DNA of 64,000 bases from Reyranellaceae bacterium (GTDB lineage Bacteria > Pseudomonadota > Alphaproteobacteria > Reyranellales > Reyranellaceae): the NCBI GenBank assembly GCA_046349295.1, contig JAXMCP010000035.1, positions 5,753 through 69,752 on the forward strand, read 5' to 3'. Numbering within the stretch: the first letter of the stretch is position 1; the number at the start of each line of letters is the position of its first letter. Made by a program: the position numbers and the translations under genes. This document shows positions 51,903-60,663 of the stretch, piece after piece. The notes under the pieces were generated by a model that was given only the letters and a program-made list of their open reading frames with translations, did no database searches and was not told the DNA's origin.

Positions 51903-52613
51903 ATGACCTCCCCACCCTGGCGCCGGCTGCTTCCGGTAGCGATCCTGCTGCTGGGGCTGGCACTGTTTCTGGCGCTCGATCTCGAACGCTACGTCTCGTT
52001 CGAGATGCTGAGACGTCACCATGTCGCGCTCGCTGCCTGGGTCGCGCAGAATCCCGTCGAGGCCGCCCTGATCTATCTGCTGGCCTATGCGCTGGTGGTG
52101 GCGTTCTCCCTGCCGGTTGCCGCCCTGCTGACCCCGGTCGGCGGGTTCCTGTTCGGAATTTGGATGGGCGGCGCCCTGTCGGGACTTGGCGCGACGATCG
52201 GCGCGGTCGTGCTGTTCCTGGCGGCCCGCACCGCCCTGCATGATGTCTTTCACCAGAAGGCGGGGGCCGCCCTGGCGCGCCTCGAGGCCGGATTCCGGCG
52301 TGACAGCTTCAACTACCTTCTCTTCCTGCGCCTGGTGCCCGTGTTCCCGTTCTGGCTGGTCAACATCGTGCCGGCGCTGCTCGGTATGAGGCTCGGCCCC
52401 TACGTGCTGGCCACGGTGATCGGGATCATTCCCGGCGCGATCGTCTATTCGAGCCTCGGCGCCGGCCTGGGCATGGTGATCGAGCGCGGCGAGGTGCCTG
52501 ATCTCGGCATCATCTTCGAATGGCGCATCTTGCTGCCACTGCTCGGCCTCTCAATCCTCGCCCTGGTACCGGTCGTCTATTCACGCCTGCGCGCCGGCCG
52601 CCTGTCGCCATGA
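51903..52613 (+). CDS. TVP38/TMEM64 (DedA/VTT) membrane protein
   Basis: FSLP, GGFLFG, LFLRLVPVFPFWLVN. Confidence 0.92.
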   Translation: MTSPPWRRLLPVAILLLGLALFLALDLERYVSFEMLRRHHVALAAWVAQNPVEAALIYLLAYALVVAFSLPVAALLTPVGGFLFGIWMGGALSGLGATIGAVVLFLAARTALHDVFHQKAGAALARLEAGFRRDSFNYLLFLRLVPVFPFWLVNIVPALLGMRLGPYVLATVIGIIPGAIVYSSLGAGLGMVIERGEVPDLGIIFEWRILLPLLGLSILALVPVVYSRLRAGRLSP

Positions 52614-54034
52614 GCGGCACGCTGACGCCGGACGTCTGCATCGTCGGCGGCGGCTCGGCCGGTCTGGTGGTCGCCGCAGGCGCGGCCCAGCTCGGCCTCG
52701 ATGTCGTGCTGGTCGAGCGCGCGCTGATGGGCGGCGACTGCCTGAACTACGGCTGCGTTCCGTCGAAGGCGTTGCTCGCCGCCGCGAAGATGGCCGAGGC
52801 GCAGCGGCGCGGCGCGGCGTTCGGTATCGCCCCGGTCGAGCCACAGATCGACTTCGCCAAGGTGATGGACCACGTCGCCGCGACCATCGCCGCCATCGCC
52901 CCCAACGATTCGGTCGCGCGCTTCGAGGGGCTGGGCGTGCGCGTGCTGCAGGAGGAGGCGCGCTTCGTCGACCGCACCGCGCTGCAGGCCGGGCCGCATC
53001 GCATCAGCAGCAAGCGCATCGTGCTGGCGACCGGCTCGCGCGCGGCGCTGCCGCCGATCCCCGGTCTCGTCGAGCTGCCCTACCTCACCAACGAGACGAT
53101 CTTCGCCAACCGCACGCTGCCCCGCCATCTGATCGTGATCGGCGGCGGCCCGATCGGGCTGGAGATGGCGCAGGCGCATCGGCGACTGGGCGCCCGGGTC
53201 ACTGTGCTCGAGATGGCCGACTTCCTGCCCAAGGACGATCCCGAGCTGTCGGCCATCGTCGTCGCCCGCTTGCGTGCCGACGGCGTCGACCTGCGGGCGC
53301 CGGTCAAGATCGCCCGCGCGGAGCGCGGGGCCGACGGGCTGGCAGTCGTCCTCGACGATGGCGAACGGATCGAAGGCTCGCACCTTCTGGTCGCCGCCGG
53401 ACGCGTGCCGGCGGTCGACGGGCTCGACCTCGAGAAGGCGGGCGTCGCCTATACGAGGCGCGGCATCACCGTCGATCGGAGCCTGCGGACGTCCAACCGC
53501 CACGTCTGGGCGATCGGCGACTGCAACGGCCTCTACGCCTTCACCCACATGGCAGGCTACGAAGCCTCGCTGTTCATTCGCGGCGCGCTGTTCCGAGGGC
53601 CTGCGCGGCTGGATAGCTCGATCGTGCCGTGGGCGACGTACACCGATCCCGAGCTGGCCCAGGTCGGCCTCACCGAGAAGGCCGCGCGTGAGAAGCACGG
53701 CGACGCGGTCAAGGTGCTGCGCTGGCCCCTCAAGGAGAATGACCGCGCACAGACCGAGCGCGAGACCGAGGGCCTGGTGAAAGTGGTCATCGGCCAACGC
53801 GGCCTCATCCTCGGCGCCGGGATCGCGGCACCGCATGCCGGCGACCTGATCCAGCCCTGGTGCCTGGCGATCAGCAAGCGTCTCGGCGTCGCCGCGCTGG
53901 CCAGCTTCGTGCCGCCCTATCCGACCCTGGGCGAGGCAAGCAAGCGCGCCGCCGGCAGCGCCTTCACCGACGCGCTGTTCGGTCCGGGCGCCAGACGGGT
54001 GGTCCGCCTGCTGGCCCGGCTGCCGGTGTGGTGA
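52610..54034 (+). CDS. Dihydrolipoamide dehydrogenase/mercuric reductase-like flavoprotein
   Basis: GGGSAG, GGDCLNYGCVPSK, GGGPIG, YPT; ATGA coupled to the TVP38 gene. Confidence 0.92.
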   Translation: MSGTLTPDVCIVGGGSAGLVVAAGAAQLGLDVVLVERALMGGDCLNYGCVPSKALLAAAKMAEAQRRGAAFGIAPVEPQIDFAKVMDHVAATIAAIAPNDSVARFEGLGVRVLQEEARFVDRTALQAGPHRISSKRIVLATGSRAALPPIPGLVELPYLTNETIFANRTLPRHLIVIGGGPIGLEMAQAHRRLGARVTVLEMADFLPKDDPELSAIVVARLRADGVDLRAPVKIARAERGADGLAVVLDDGERIEGSHLLVAAGRVPAVDGLDLEKAGVAYTRRGITVDRSLRTSNRHVWAIGDCNGLYAFTHMAGYEASLFIRGALFRGPARLDSSIVPWATYTDPELAQVGLTEKAAREKHGDAVKVLRWPLKENDRAQTERETEGLVKVVIGQRGLILGAGIAAPHAGDLIQPWCLAISKRLGVAALASFVPPYPTLGEASKRAAGSAFTDALFGPGARRVVRLLARLPVW

Positions 54035-54085
54035 CAATTCTTCGGGCCAGCCGATCGCTCCAATGGCTGTCGATGCAACCCATCG

Positions 54086-55066
54086 CTATTCGATCACCTC
54101 GTCGGCGGCAGCGAGAAGCACTGTCGGGACGGTCACTCCAAGCGTCCGTGCCGATTTCATGTTGATCACAAGCTCAAACCTCGTTGGTCGTTCGATCGGG
54201 AGATCCGCTGGGCGCGCTCCTCGCAGAACCCGAGAAACCTGGAAACTGATGCGACGCCAGAGATAAGCGAGGTCTGGACCGTAGGACATCAGGCCGCCGC
54301 TGTCGGGATAGGTTCGGAACTGCGATATGGCCGGGATGCGGTGACGGGACAGCATCTCCGCGATGAGCGGCGCACCCTGGCGTATGAGCGGCGAGCCGAG
54401 CTGCATTATGGCGTCGGGATCGTCCGCAACACCCCGCTTGAGGGCCGTCTCCAATTCAGACGCATCGCGGAATTCCATGACCACGAGATTCAACGATCGC
54501 TCCTTTGCACCCGCTCGGGTGGCCTCAAGCTGAAAGGTGCCGGTCGTCACGTCCCACAGCACCCCGACCTTGGCGACACGAGGGACGACGTCATTGATCT
54601 GTTGCAGCCACTTTCTACACATCGTCGGCGCGTCGAGAAAAACGCCGGTCAGGTTGCCGCTCGGACGAGCCAGGCTCGTGGTATAGCCACTGGCGATTGG
54701 ATCGCTTTCGAGATCGTTCGCGACGATCGGCAAAGTGGTCGTGGCTGCTCTCGCCGCTTCGATCGACGGGCGCGCCGTTGGAACAAGAACGTCGGCTCCG
54801 AGTTGAATGAGCTCTTGGATCAGCCCCGGCAGGAGTTCAGGTTTCCCGTGCGCCCAGCGGATCTCCAGCGTGATCGATTCGCCCTCGACATAGCCGACCT
54901 CGCGCAATCCCTCGCGCAGTGAGTCGATTACGAGCGATCCGACCTCGGGTCCTCCTGGATGGATAAATCCGACAACCGGAATCTTCTTCGATCGCTGTGC
55001 GCCGGCAGCAAGCGGCCTCGAGACAACTGCACCAGCCAGAGTGCCGCAAAATGCTCGCCGCTTCAT
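54086..55066 (-). CDS. Orphan ABC substrate-binding protein (ABC_sub_bind family)
   Basis: MKRRAF signal, GYVEG, SLARPSGNLTG, GGLMSYG, ADEVIE terminus; codon usage less biased than neighbours. Confidence 0.88.
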   Translation of the reverse strand: MKRRAFCGTLAGAVVSRPLAAGAQRSKKIPVVGFIHPGGPEVGSLVIDSLREGLREVGYVEGESITLEIRWAHGKPELLPGLIQELIQLGADVLVPTARPSIEAARAATTTLPIVANDLESDPIASGYTTSLARPSGNLTGVFLDAPTMCRKWLQQINDVVPRVAKVGVLWDVTTGTFQLEATRAGAKERSLNLVVMEFRDASELETALKRGVADDPDAIMQLGSPLIRQGAPLIAEMLSRHRIPAISQFRTYPDSGGLMSYGPDLAYLWRRISFQVSRVLRGARPADLPIERPTRFELVINMKSARTLGVTVPTVLLAAADEVIE

Positions 55067-55150
55067 GCTCCGCCCCGCGCTCTGGATATGCATTGTATCC
55101 GCATGAAACGGCCATGTGAAAGGAGCGACGCAAGTCCAGGGTCGGGGCCG

Positions 55151-55187
55151 ATAGCGTCGCCGCATCGATCCGATAGGAAGCCGATAT
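55151..55187. promoter_or_regulatory. OxyR-type LysR box upstream of the DUF2282 operon
   Basis: ATAG-N7-gcAT-N7-ATAG-N7-aTAT (37 bp) versus the OxyR consensus ATAG-N7-CTAT-N7-ATAG-N7-CTAT. Confidence 0.55.
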
Positions 55188-55257
55188 TTCAGGGCGCGAC
55201 GCGCTCCCGGCATGGTGCAGGCACCCGCAAGGGCAACCATCGATCCAGGAGACGAAC

Positions 55258-55494
55258 ATGATGACCAAGCTCACCATCGCCGCGGCCCTCAGCGCCGCCC
55301 TGCTGGCCGGGGCAGCCGCCCAGGCCCAGAGCACCGTCGAGAAGTGCTACGGCGTCGCCAAGGCCGGCAAGAACGATTGCCAGACCGCGACATCGTCGTG
55401 CGCCGGCACATCCAAGAAGGACGCCCAGGCCGACGCGTGGCTCAGCGTGCCCAAAGGCACCTGCGAGAAGATCAGCGGCGGCCGGTTGAGCTGA
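55258..55494 (+). CDS. DUF2282/BufA1-type bufferin precursor-like secreted Cys peptide
   Basis: AGGAG RBS; signal ending AQA; EKCYGVAKAGKNDC...SCAG...W..VPKGTCEKI.GG four-Cys signature. Confidence 0.9.
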   Translation: MMTKLTIAAALSAALLAGAAAQAQSTVEKCYGVAKAGKNDCQTATSSCAGTSKKDAQADAWLSVPKGTCEKISGGRLS

Positions 55495-55502
55495 CGGCAA
55501 CG

Positions 55503-55543
55503 GACGCCGCGCTCCGGCCTTCAGGAAGGTCGGAGCAGGCGTC
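55503..55543 (+). terminator. Hairpin after the peptide gene (mRNA stabiliser or partial terminator)
   Basis: gacgcc..gctccggcctt pairs with aaggtcggagc..ggcgtc; no U tract. Confidence 0.5.
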
Positions 55544-55566
55544 GGCCTCATCGCGGAGGAACTTCC

Positions 55567-56040
55567 ATGACGAGCATTTCCCACGACGCCGCCACGCTCG
55601 ACACGAGCCTCGTCGGCCGGCTCGACGCGGCGCGTACCCTGGCGCGGCGCTTCCCCCTCTCCGTCCTCGAGCTCGGCATGCGCCTGGCGGTCGGCGCCAC
55701 GTTCTTCCGATCGGGGATGAACAAGCTCCAGAGCTTCGACAGCGCTGTCGCGTTGTTCCGCGAGGAATACCGCCTGCCGCTGCTGCCGCCCGAGATTGCG
55801 GCCTATCTCGGCACCGCGGTCGAGCTTGGAGCGCCGGTGCTGCTGGCGCTGGGCCTGTTCGCTCGCCTGGGCGCCGTGGCGCTGCTCACCATGACCCTGG
55901 TCATCCAGTTCCTGGTCTATCCGGCGAACTGGCCGGAGCACTTGATGTGGGCCTCCATCCTGGCCTACGTGCTGACGCGCGGCCCGGGGGCGCTGTCGAT
56001 CGACCGCGTCATCGCCTTCAATCTGTACGGCCGCGTCTGA
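55567..56040 (+). CDS. DoxX family membrane protein (BufD-like)
   Basis: FFRSGMNK, LFREEY.LPLLPP, LGLFARLGA, IQFLVYP..W.EH..W, GPGALSID. Confidence 0.9.
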   Translation: MTSISHDAATLDTSLVGRLDAARTLARRFPLSVLELGMRLAVGATFFRSGMNKLQSFDSAVALFREEYRLPLLPPEIAAYLGTAVELGAPVLLALGLFARLGAVALLTMTLVIQFLVYPANWPEHLMWASILAYVLTRGPGALSIDRVIAFNLYGRV

Positions 56041-56051
56041 GGAGGACAGCG

Positions 56052-57305
56052 ATGACCCGACCGCGCATCGTCATCGTCGGTGCCGGTTTCGGCGGCCTCA
56101 GCGCCGCCGTCGGGCTGGCCGGCGCCGATGCCGACGTCACCGTCATCGACCGGCGCAACTATCATCTGTTCCAGCCGCTGCTCTACCAGGTGGCGACGGC
56201 CGGCCTGTCGCCGGCCCAGATCGCCTCGCCGATCCGCGCCATCCTGCGCCGGGCGGGCAATGTGCGGGTCATCCTGGGCAAGGTCTCGGGTGTCGACAAG
56301 GAACGGCGCGTGGTGAAGGTCGATGACCGGCCCGAGCTTGCCTACGATCACCTGATCCTCGCCACCGGCGCGCGCCACGCTTATTTCGGGCACGACGATT
56401 GGGAGACCGTGGCGCCCGGCCTCAAGACGATCGACGACGCGACCGGGATCCGCCGCCGCATCCTGACCGCCTTCGAGCAGGCCGAGGCAGCCGAGTCCGC
56501 GGAAGCGCGCCGTCGCTTCCTGACCTTCGTCGTGATCGGCGGCGGGCCGACCGGCGTGGAAATGGCAGGCGCCATCGCCGAGCTCGCCCACGTCGCCTTG
56601 CGTCACGATTTCCGGGCGGTCGATCCCAAGGAGGCGCGCATCGTGCTGGTCGAGGCGGCCCCGCGCTTGCTTGCCTCCTTTCCCGAGGCGCTGAGCAGGG
56701 CCGCGCAGGAATCGCTGGAGCGCCTGCATGTCGACGTGCGCCTCGGCATGCCGGTATCGGCCTGCGACGCTCTGGGCGTGACGATCGGCGACCAGCGCCT
56801 GGAAGCCGCGACCATCATCTGGGCCGCGGGCGTCGCCGCCTCGCCTGCGGCGCGCTGGCTCGGTGTCGAGAGCGACCGGGTCGGCCGCGTCATGGTTGGG
56901 CCCGATCTGTCGTTGGCCGGCCATCCCGAGATCTTCGTCATCGGCGACACCGCGCTTGCCCGCGACGCCAAAGGCCAGCCGCTGCCCGGGCTCGCCCCGG
57001 TGGCCAAGCAGCAGGGCACCTACGTTGCCCAACTGCTGCGGAAAAAAATTTGTGGCCGCGCCGCGCCGCCGCCGTTCCGCTATCGCAGCTACGGCACCCT
57101 GGCGACCATCGGGCGGCGCGCCGCCGTGGCCGATTTCGGCTGGATCAAGGTCGACGGCACCATCGCCTGGCTGCTGTGGGGCGCCGTGCACATCACCTTC
57201 CTGATCGGCTTCCGCAACCGGCTGGTCGTCATGCTCGACTGGCTGTGGTCCTATGTGACCTTCCAGTCCGGCGCCCGGCTGATCACCGGGCCAGGTTCGA
57301 GCTAG
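56052..57305 (+). CDS. Type II NADH dehydrogenase-like FAD oxidoreductase
   Basis: GAGFGG, HLFQPLLYQVAT, GGGPTGVE, WAAGV, APVAKQQG, LATIGR; GGAGG RBS 11 nt after the doxX stop. Confidence 0.92.
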   Translation: MTRPRIVIVGAGFGGLSAAVGLAGADADVTVIDRRNYHLFQPLLYQVATAGLSPAQIASPIRAILRRAGNVRVILGKVSGVDKERRVVKVDDRPELAYDHLILATGARHAYFGHDDWETVAPGLKTIDDATGIRRRILTAFEQAEAAESAEARRRFLTFVVIGGGPTGVEMAGAIAELAHVALRHDFRAVDPKEARIVLVEAAPRLLASFPEALSRAAQESLERLHVDVRLGMPVSACDALGVTIGDQRLEAATIIWAAGVAASPAARWLGVESDRVGRVMVGPDLSLAGHPEIFVIGDTALARDAKGQPLPGLAPVAKQQGTYVAQLLRKKICGRAAPPPFRYRSYGTLATIGRRAAVADFGWIKVDGTIAWLLWGAVHITFLIGFRNRLVVMLDWLWSYVTFQSGARLITGPGSS

Positions 57306-57398
57306 TCCCGAACGAGAGATCGTCTCCAGGCGTCGCACCGGCGCGATTGCACTCGCGCCGGAAAGTCCCGATCATTGCCGCCGATTGGGAGCATCGGC

Positions 57399-58211
57399 AT
57401 GAAGACTTCGATCGCCGCCTGTCTCTTCGCGGCGTCTCTGGCGGTGAGCGCGCCGCGTGCGCAGGCACAGCAACAGCAGCAACCGACGGCGCCAACTGCA
57501 CCGGCGCCGCCGAAGCTCGGCCTCAAGGTCGAGATCGAGCCGGCGGCACTCGCCCTGGTCAAGGCGATGAGCGACAAGCTCGCCGCCGCCAAGACCATGA
57601 GCTTCACCGCCGTGACCGGCTACGAAAGCCCGGCGCGCACCGGCGAGCCGCTGCTCTATCTCACGATGTCGCAGGTCGTCCTGCAGCGGCCGGACAAGCT
57701 GCGCGTGATCACCATGGGCGACGGGCCGGAGACCGAGTTCTACTACGACGGCAAGACCGCCCAGGCGTTCGAGCCGGCCATCAATGCGGTGGCGGTAGCC
57801 CAGGCGCCGAGCACGATCGACGCCATGCTGCTCGCCGCCTATCAGCGCGCCGCGATCTACTTCCCCTTCACAGACGTGATCGTCTCCGATCCGATGGCGG
57901 ATTTCTCGAAGGGCCTGCAGATCGCTTTCGTCGTCGGCAAGTCGCGCGTGGCGGGTGGCGTTCAGACCGACATCGTCGTGCTCGCCGACCAGGCGACCCA
58001 TCTGCAGATCTGGATCGGCAGCGAGGACAAGCTGCCGCGCCTCATTCGCGCCACCTACATGAACGACCCTTCGCGCTACCGGCACGCCGTCGAGCTCTCG
58101 AACTGGAAGCTCGACGAGGCCTTGCCGGCAGACAGCTTCACGTCACCGAAACTGGCCGGCGCCCGGAAGATCGAGTTCGTCCGACCGGACGCGCAGCCGG
58201 CCAAGAAGTGA
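57399..58211 (+). CDS. DUF2092-like periplasmic protein
   Basis: Signal peptide; ALVKAMSDKLAAAK.MSF, QRPDKLRV, FYYDGK, LQIWIG...LPR. Confidence 0.8.
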   Translation: MKTSIAACLFAASLAVSAPRAQAQQQQQPTAPTAPAPPKLGLKVEIEPAALALVKAMSDKLAAAKTMSFTAVTGYESPARTGEPLLYLTMSQVVLQRPDKLRVITMGDGPETEFYYDGKTAQAFEPAINAVAVAQAPSTIDAMLLAAYQRAAIYFPFTDVIVSDPMADFSKGLQIAFVVGKSRVAGGVQTDIVVLADQATHLQIWIGSEDKLPRLIRATYMNDPSRYRHAVELSNWKLDEALPADSFTSPKLAGARKIEFVRPDAQPAKK

Positions 58212-58230
58212 CATCGGACAGGAGGCCATC

Positions 58231-58824
58231 ATGAACAAGATCCTGCTCACGGCTTGCGCGCTTGCCACCGCCGCCCCCGTCAGCCAGGCCTGGGCGTGGG
58301 GTCACGCCGGCGCATGGAGCGGCGGGCGCGGCTCGTGGAGCTTCTCGGATGGCCGCGGCGGCAGCGCTTCGGGCGGCGGCGGCTCCTGGACGGCCGACGG
58401 CTATCGCGGCGGCACCGCGAGCGGCGGCGACGGCTCGTGGAACGCGACCGGCTATCGCGGCGGCACGGCGAGCGGCGGCGATGGCTCGTGGAACGCCACG
58501 TCGGCCTCCGGCCAGCACTATTACGGCGGCTCGGACTACTGGCACGGCGGCTACTACCACGCCTACAACGCGCCCGCCGTCGTCAACTCCTACAGCGCCA
58601 ATTGCTACAATTGCGGCGGCTGGAACAATGGCGGCGCGGTGGCGGCCGGCGTGCTCGCCGGCGCGGCGGCGGCCACCGTCGGCACGCTCTACGGCACCCT
58701 GCCGGCCGGCTGCACCTACCAACCGATCGGCAGCACGCCCTACTACAGCTGCGCCAACGGCTCCTGGCTCAGCCCGTCCTACGGCGCCAACGGCGTCTAC
58801 TATCGTGTTGTGCCGATGCCATAG
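58231..58824 (+). CDS. Secreted Gly/Trp-rich repeat protein with Cys-containing C-terminal domain
   Basis: AGGAGG RBS; signal ending AWA; 17-aa repeats GYRGGTASGGDGSWNAT; NCYNC; LPAGC...YYSC...YYRVVP. Confidence 0.8.
   Translation: MNKILLTACALATAAPVSQAWAWGHAGAWSGGRGSWSFSDGRGGSASGGGGSWTADGYRGGTASGGDGSWNATGYRGGTASGGDGSWNATSASGQHYYGGSDYWHGGYYHAYNAPAVVNSYSANCYNCGGWNNGGAVAAGVLAGAAAATVGTLYGTLPAGCTYQPIGSTPYYSCANGSWLSPSYGANGVYYRVVPMP
58348..58500 (+). repeat. 51-bp tandem repeat (2 close copies plus 1 degenerate)
   Basis: ggctatcgcggcggcac.gcgagcggcggcga.ggctcgtggaacgc.ac. starts at 58399 and 58450; a degenerate unit starts at 58348. Confidence 0.85.
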
Positions 58825-58862
58825 CGCCATCTCTTGCTCCCCAACGCAGCTGGGGAGGAACA

Positions 58863-59756
58863 TCATGTCGTCACCGCGCTCGTCACCCACGGGAAGGCCA
58901 GCACCTCGCGCACGAAGGCGCCGACGGCCGGCACGTGCGGGCGGCCGCGCACCGTGACGACCTGGATGACCCGCGTGATCTCTGGATCGATCAGCGGGCG
59001 GACGCACAGGCCGGGCATGGTGACGGCGAATTCGGGGATGAAGGTGAAGCCCAATCCCGCCAACGCCATGCTCTGCACCCAGTCGTCGCGATTGGAGCGG
59101 AACACCATCGACACCTGCGTGCCCTGCTCGCGCCACAGCCGGCCGGCATGGCCGAAGAACTCGCAGTCGCTGCGATTGAGATAAGGCATGCCGTCGAGCT
59201 CCTTGACCCGCACGGCGTTCTGCTTCTCGAAGGCGTGCCCGGGGCGGACGCCGATCACGAAGCGCTCGTCGTAGAGGCGCCGCGCATGAAAGCGATCGTC
59301 GATCTCTTCCGGCTGGCCGTAGATCGCGACATCGAGCTCGCCGCGCGCCAGGCGCTCCCGCAGCTCGTCCGACGAGCCGTCCTGCACGGCCAGGCGCACC
59401 TTGGGATGGCGTTCTCGAAAGGCCTGCAGGAAGGGCACGAAGCGGTGCGGGCCGATGGTGCACATCATGCCGAGCTTCAGCTCGACGTCCTCGAGGCGGC
59501 CGAAGCTCTTGGCCCGCTCCTTGGCGGCGTCGGTCTCGATCAGCACCTGGCTGAGATGCGGGCGCATCATCTCGCCCAGGCCGGTCAGATGGGTGTTGTT
59601 GCGCTCGCGCCGGAACAGCGGCCCCCCCAGCTCGTCCTCCAGCGCCTTGATGGCGCGCGTGAGCGACGGCTGCGAGACGTGGCAGGACTCGGCGGCGCGG
59701 GTGAAGTTCAAGGCCTCGCAAACCGCGAGAAAATAACGAATCTGGTGCATTTCCAC
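58863..59756 (-). CDS. LysR family regulator, OxyR-like
   Basis: NFTRAAESCHVSQPSLTRAIKALEDELG HTH; CTIGP at residues 99-103; RSDC with Cys198. Confidence 0.9.
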   Translation of the reverse strand: MEMHQIRYFLAVCEALNFTRAAESCHVSQPSLTRAIKALEDELGGPLFRRERNNTHLTGLGEMMRPHLSQVLIETDAAKERAKSFGRLEDVELKLGMMCTIGPHRFVPFLQAFRERHPKVRLAVQDGSSDELRERLARGELDVAIYGQPEEIDDRFHARRLYDERFVIGVRPGHAFEKQNAVRVKELDGMPYLNRSDCEFFGHAGRLWREQGTQVSMVFRSNRDDWVQSMALAGLGFTFIPEFAVTMPGLCVRPLIDPEITRVIQVVTVRGRPHVPAVGAFVREVLAFPWVTSAVTT

Positions 59757-59851
59757 GGCGGTGGTCCCTCGATGCGCCCGAGATAGAGGCACATTCCCGT
59801 TCCGCCGGCTCCAGGCGAACGGGAATGTGCCCTAGTGTGCCCGAGACGAGC

Positions 59852-59888
59852 ATAGCCTGCGGCTATCGACTGCCATACCCGAAGGTAT
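59852..59888. promoter_or_regulatory. OxyR-type LysR box between divergent lysR and peroxiredoxin-like gene
   Basis: ATAG-N7-CTAT (perfect) followed by ATAC-N6-GTAT; 37-bp span. Confidence 0.65.
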
Positions 59889-59925
59889 TTCCGCCCGTGT
59901 CCGGCTGCCGCCACACTGGCCAGCC

Positions 59926-60597
59926 ATGACCCTTACGGCCACGCTTCTGCAATTGAGCCAACGCCACACGGCGGCCCTGACCGCGCGCGATCGCGCCGAT
60001 ATCGCCGACGAGCTCGACCGGCTGCGCATGATGCGGGTGCCCGAGGACGGCCTGGCGGTCGGCGACTACCTGCCCGACTTCTCGCTGACAGACGGCGCCG
60101 GCCGCGCCTGGACATCGGACGAACTGCTCGACCGCGGCCCAATGGTGCTGGCGATCTTCCGCGGCGACTGGTGCCCCTATTGCCAGCTGACCATGACAGC
60201 GCTCGAGGAGGCGCGTCCGGCCATCGAGGCGCTGGGCGCCACCGCCGTCGGCATCATGCCCGACCGTCCGCCGCTGATCGCCCACACGGCGGCGCGCCGC
60301 CACATCGGCTACCTCCTGCTGAGCGATCCCGCCAACGCCTTCGCCCGCACCTGCGGGCTGGCCTACGATCTCTCGCCTGGCCACGTCCGCATCCACCAGG
60401 AGCGCGGCCGCGACTTCCCGGCGATGCACGGCGATTCGACGTGGCGGCTGCCCGTCCCGGCAGTGTTCGTCGTCGAGCCCACGGCGCGCGTGGCTTTTGC
60501 CTTCACGGACGCCGACCCGTCGCGCTGGCCCGATCCGGAAGAGCTGCTCGCCTCGTTGCGCGAGCTGCGCGATGCCCACACGCTATTGAACCGGTAG
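59926..60597 (+). CDS. Peroxiredoxin-like AhpC/TSA family protein
   Basis: PDFSL, FRGDWCPYC, LLSDPAN, WRLPVPAVFVV. Confidence 0.88.
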   Translation: MTLTATLLQLSQRHTAALTARDRADIADELDRLRMMRVPEDGLAVGDYLPDFSLTDGAGRAWTSDELLDRGPMVLAIFRGDWCPYCQLTMTALEEARPAIEALGATAVGIMPDRPPLIAHTAARRHIGYLLLSDPANAFARTCGLAYDLSPGHVRIHQERGRDFPAMHGDSTWRLPVPAVFVVEPTARVAFAFTDADPSRWPDPEELLASLRELRDAHTLLNR

Positions 60598-60663
60598 GCA
60601 TCCGGCATTTCAGCCGCGTCGGCGCGACGCGCAAGGTGTGATCACCAGAACGGGAGATCGCAC

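Noticed and set aside
52610-54034. Mercuric reductase merA
   Set aside because: No C-terminal Cys pair and no mer genes; it fits the common TVP38-linked Lpd-like protein.
55212-57305. 697-aa ORF suggesting a peptide/DoxX/NDH-2 fusion
   Set aside because: The N-terminal part is an off-frame reading of the DUF2282 and doxX genes; ndh has its own GGAGG RBS and ATG at 56052.
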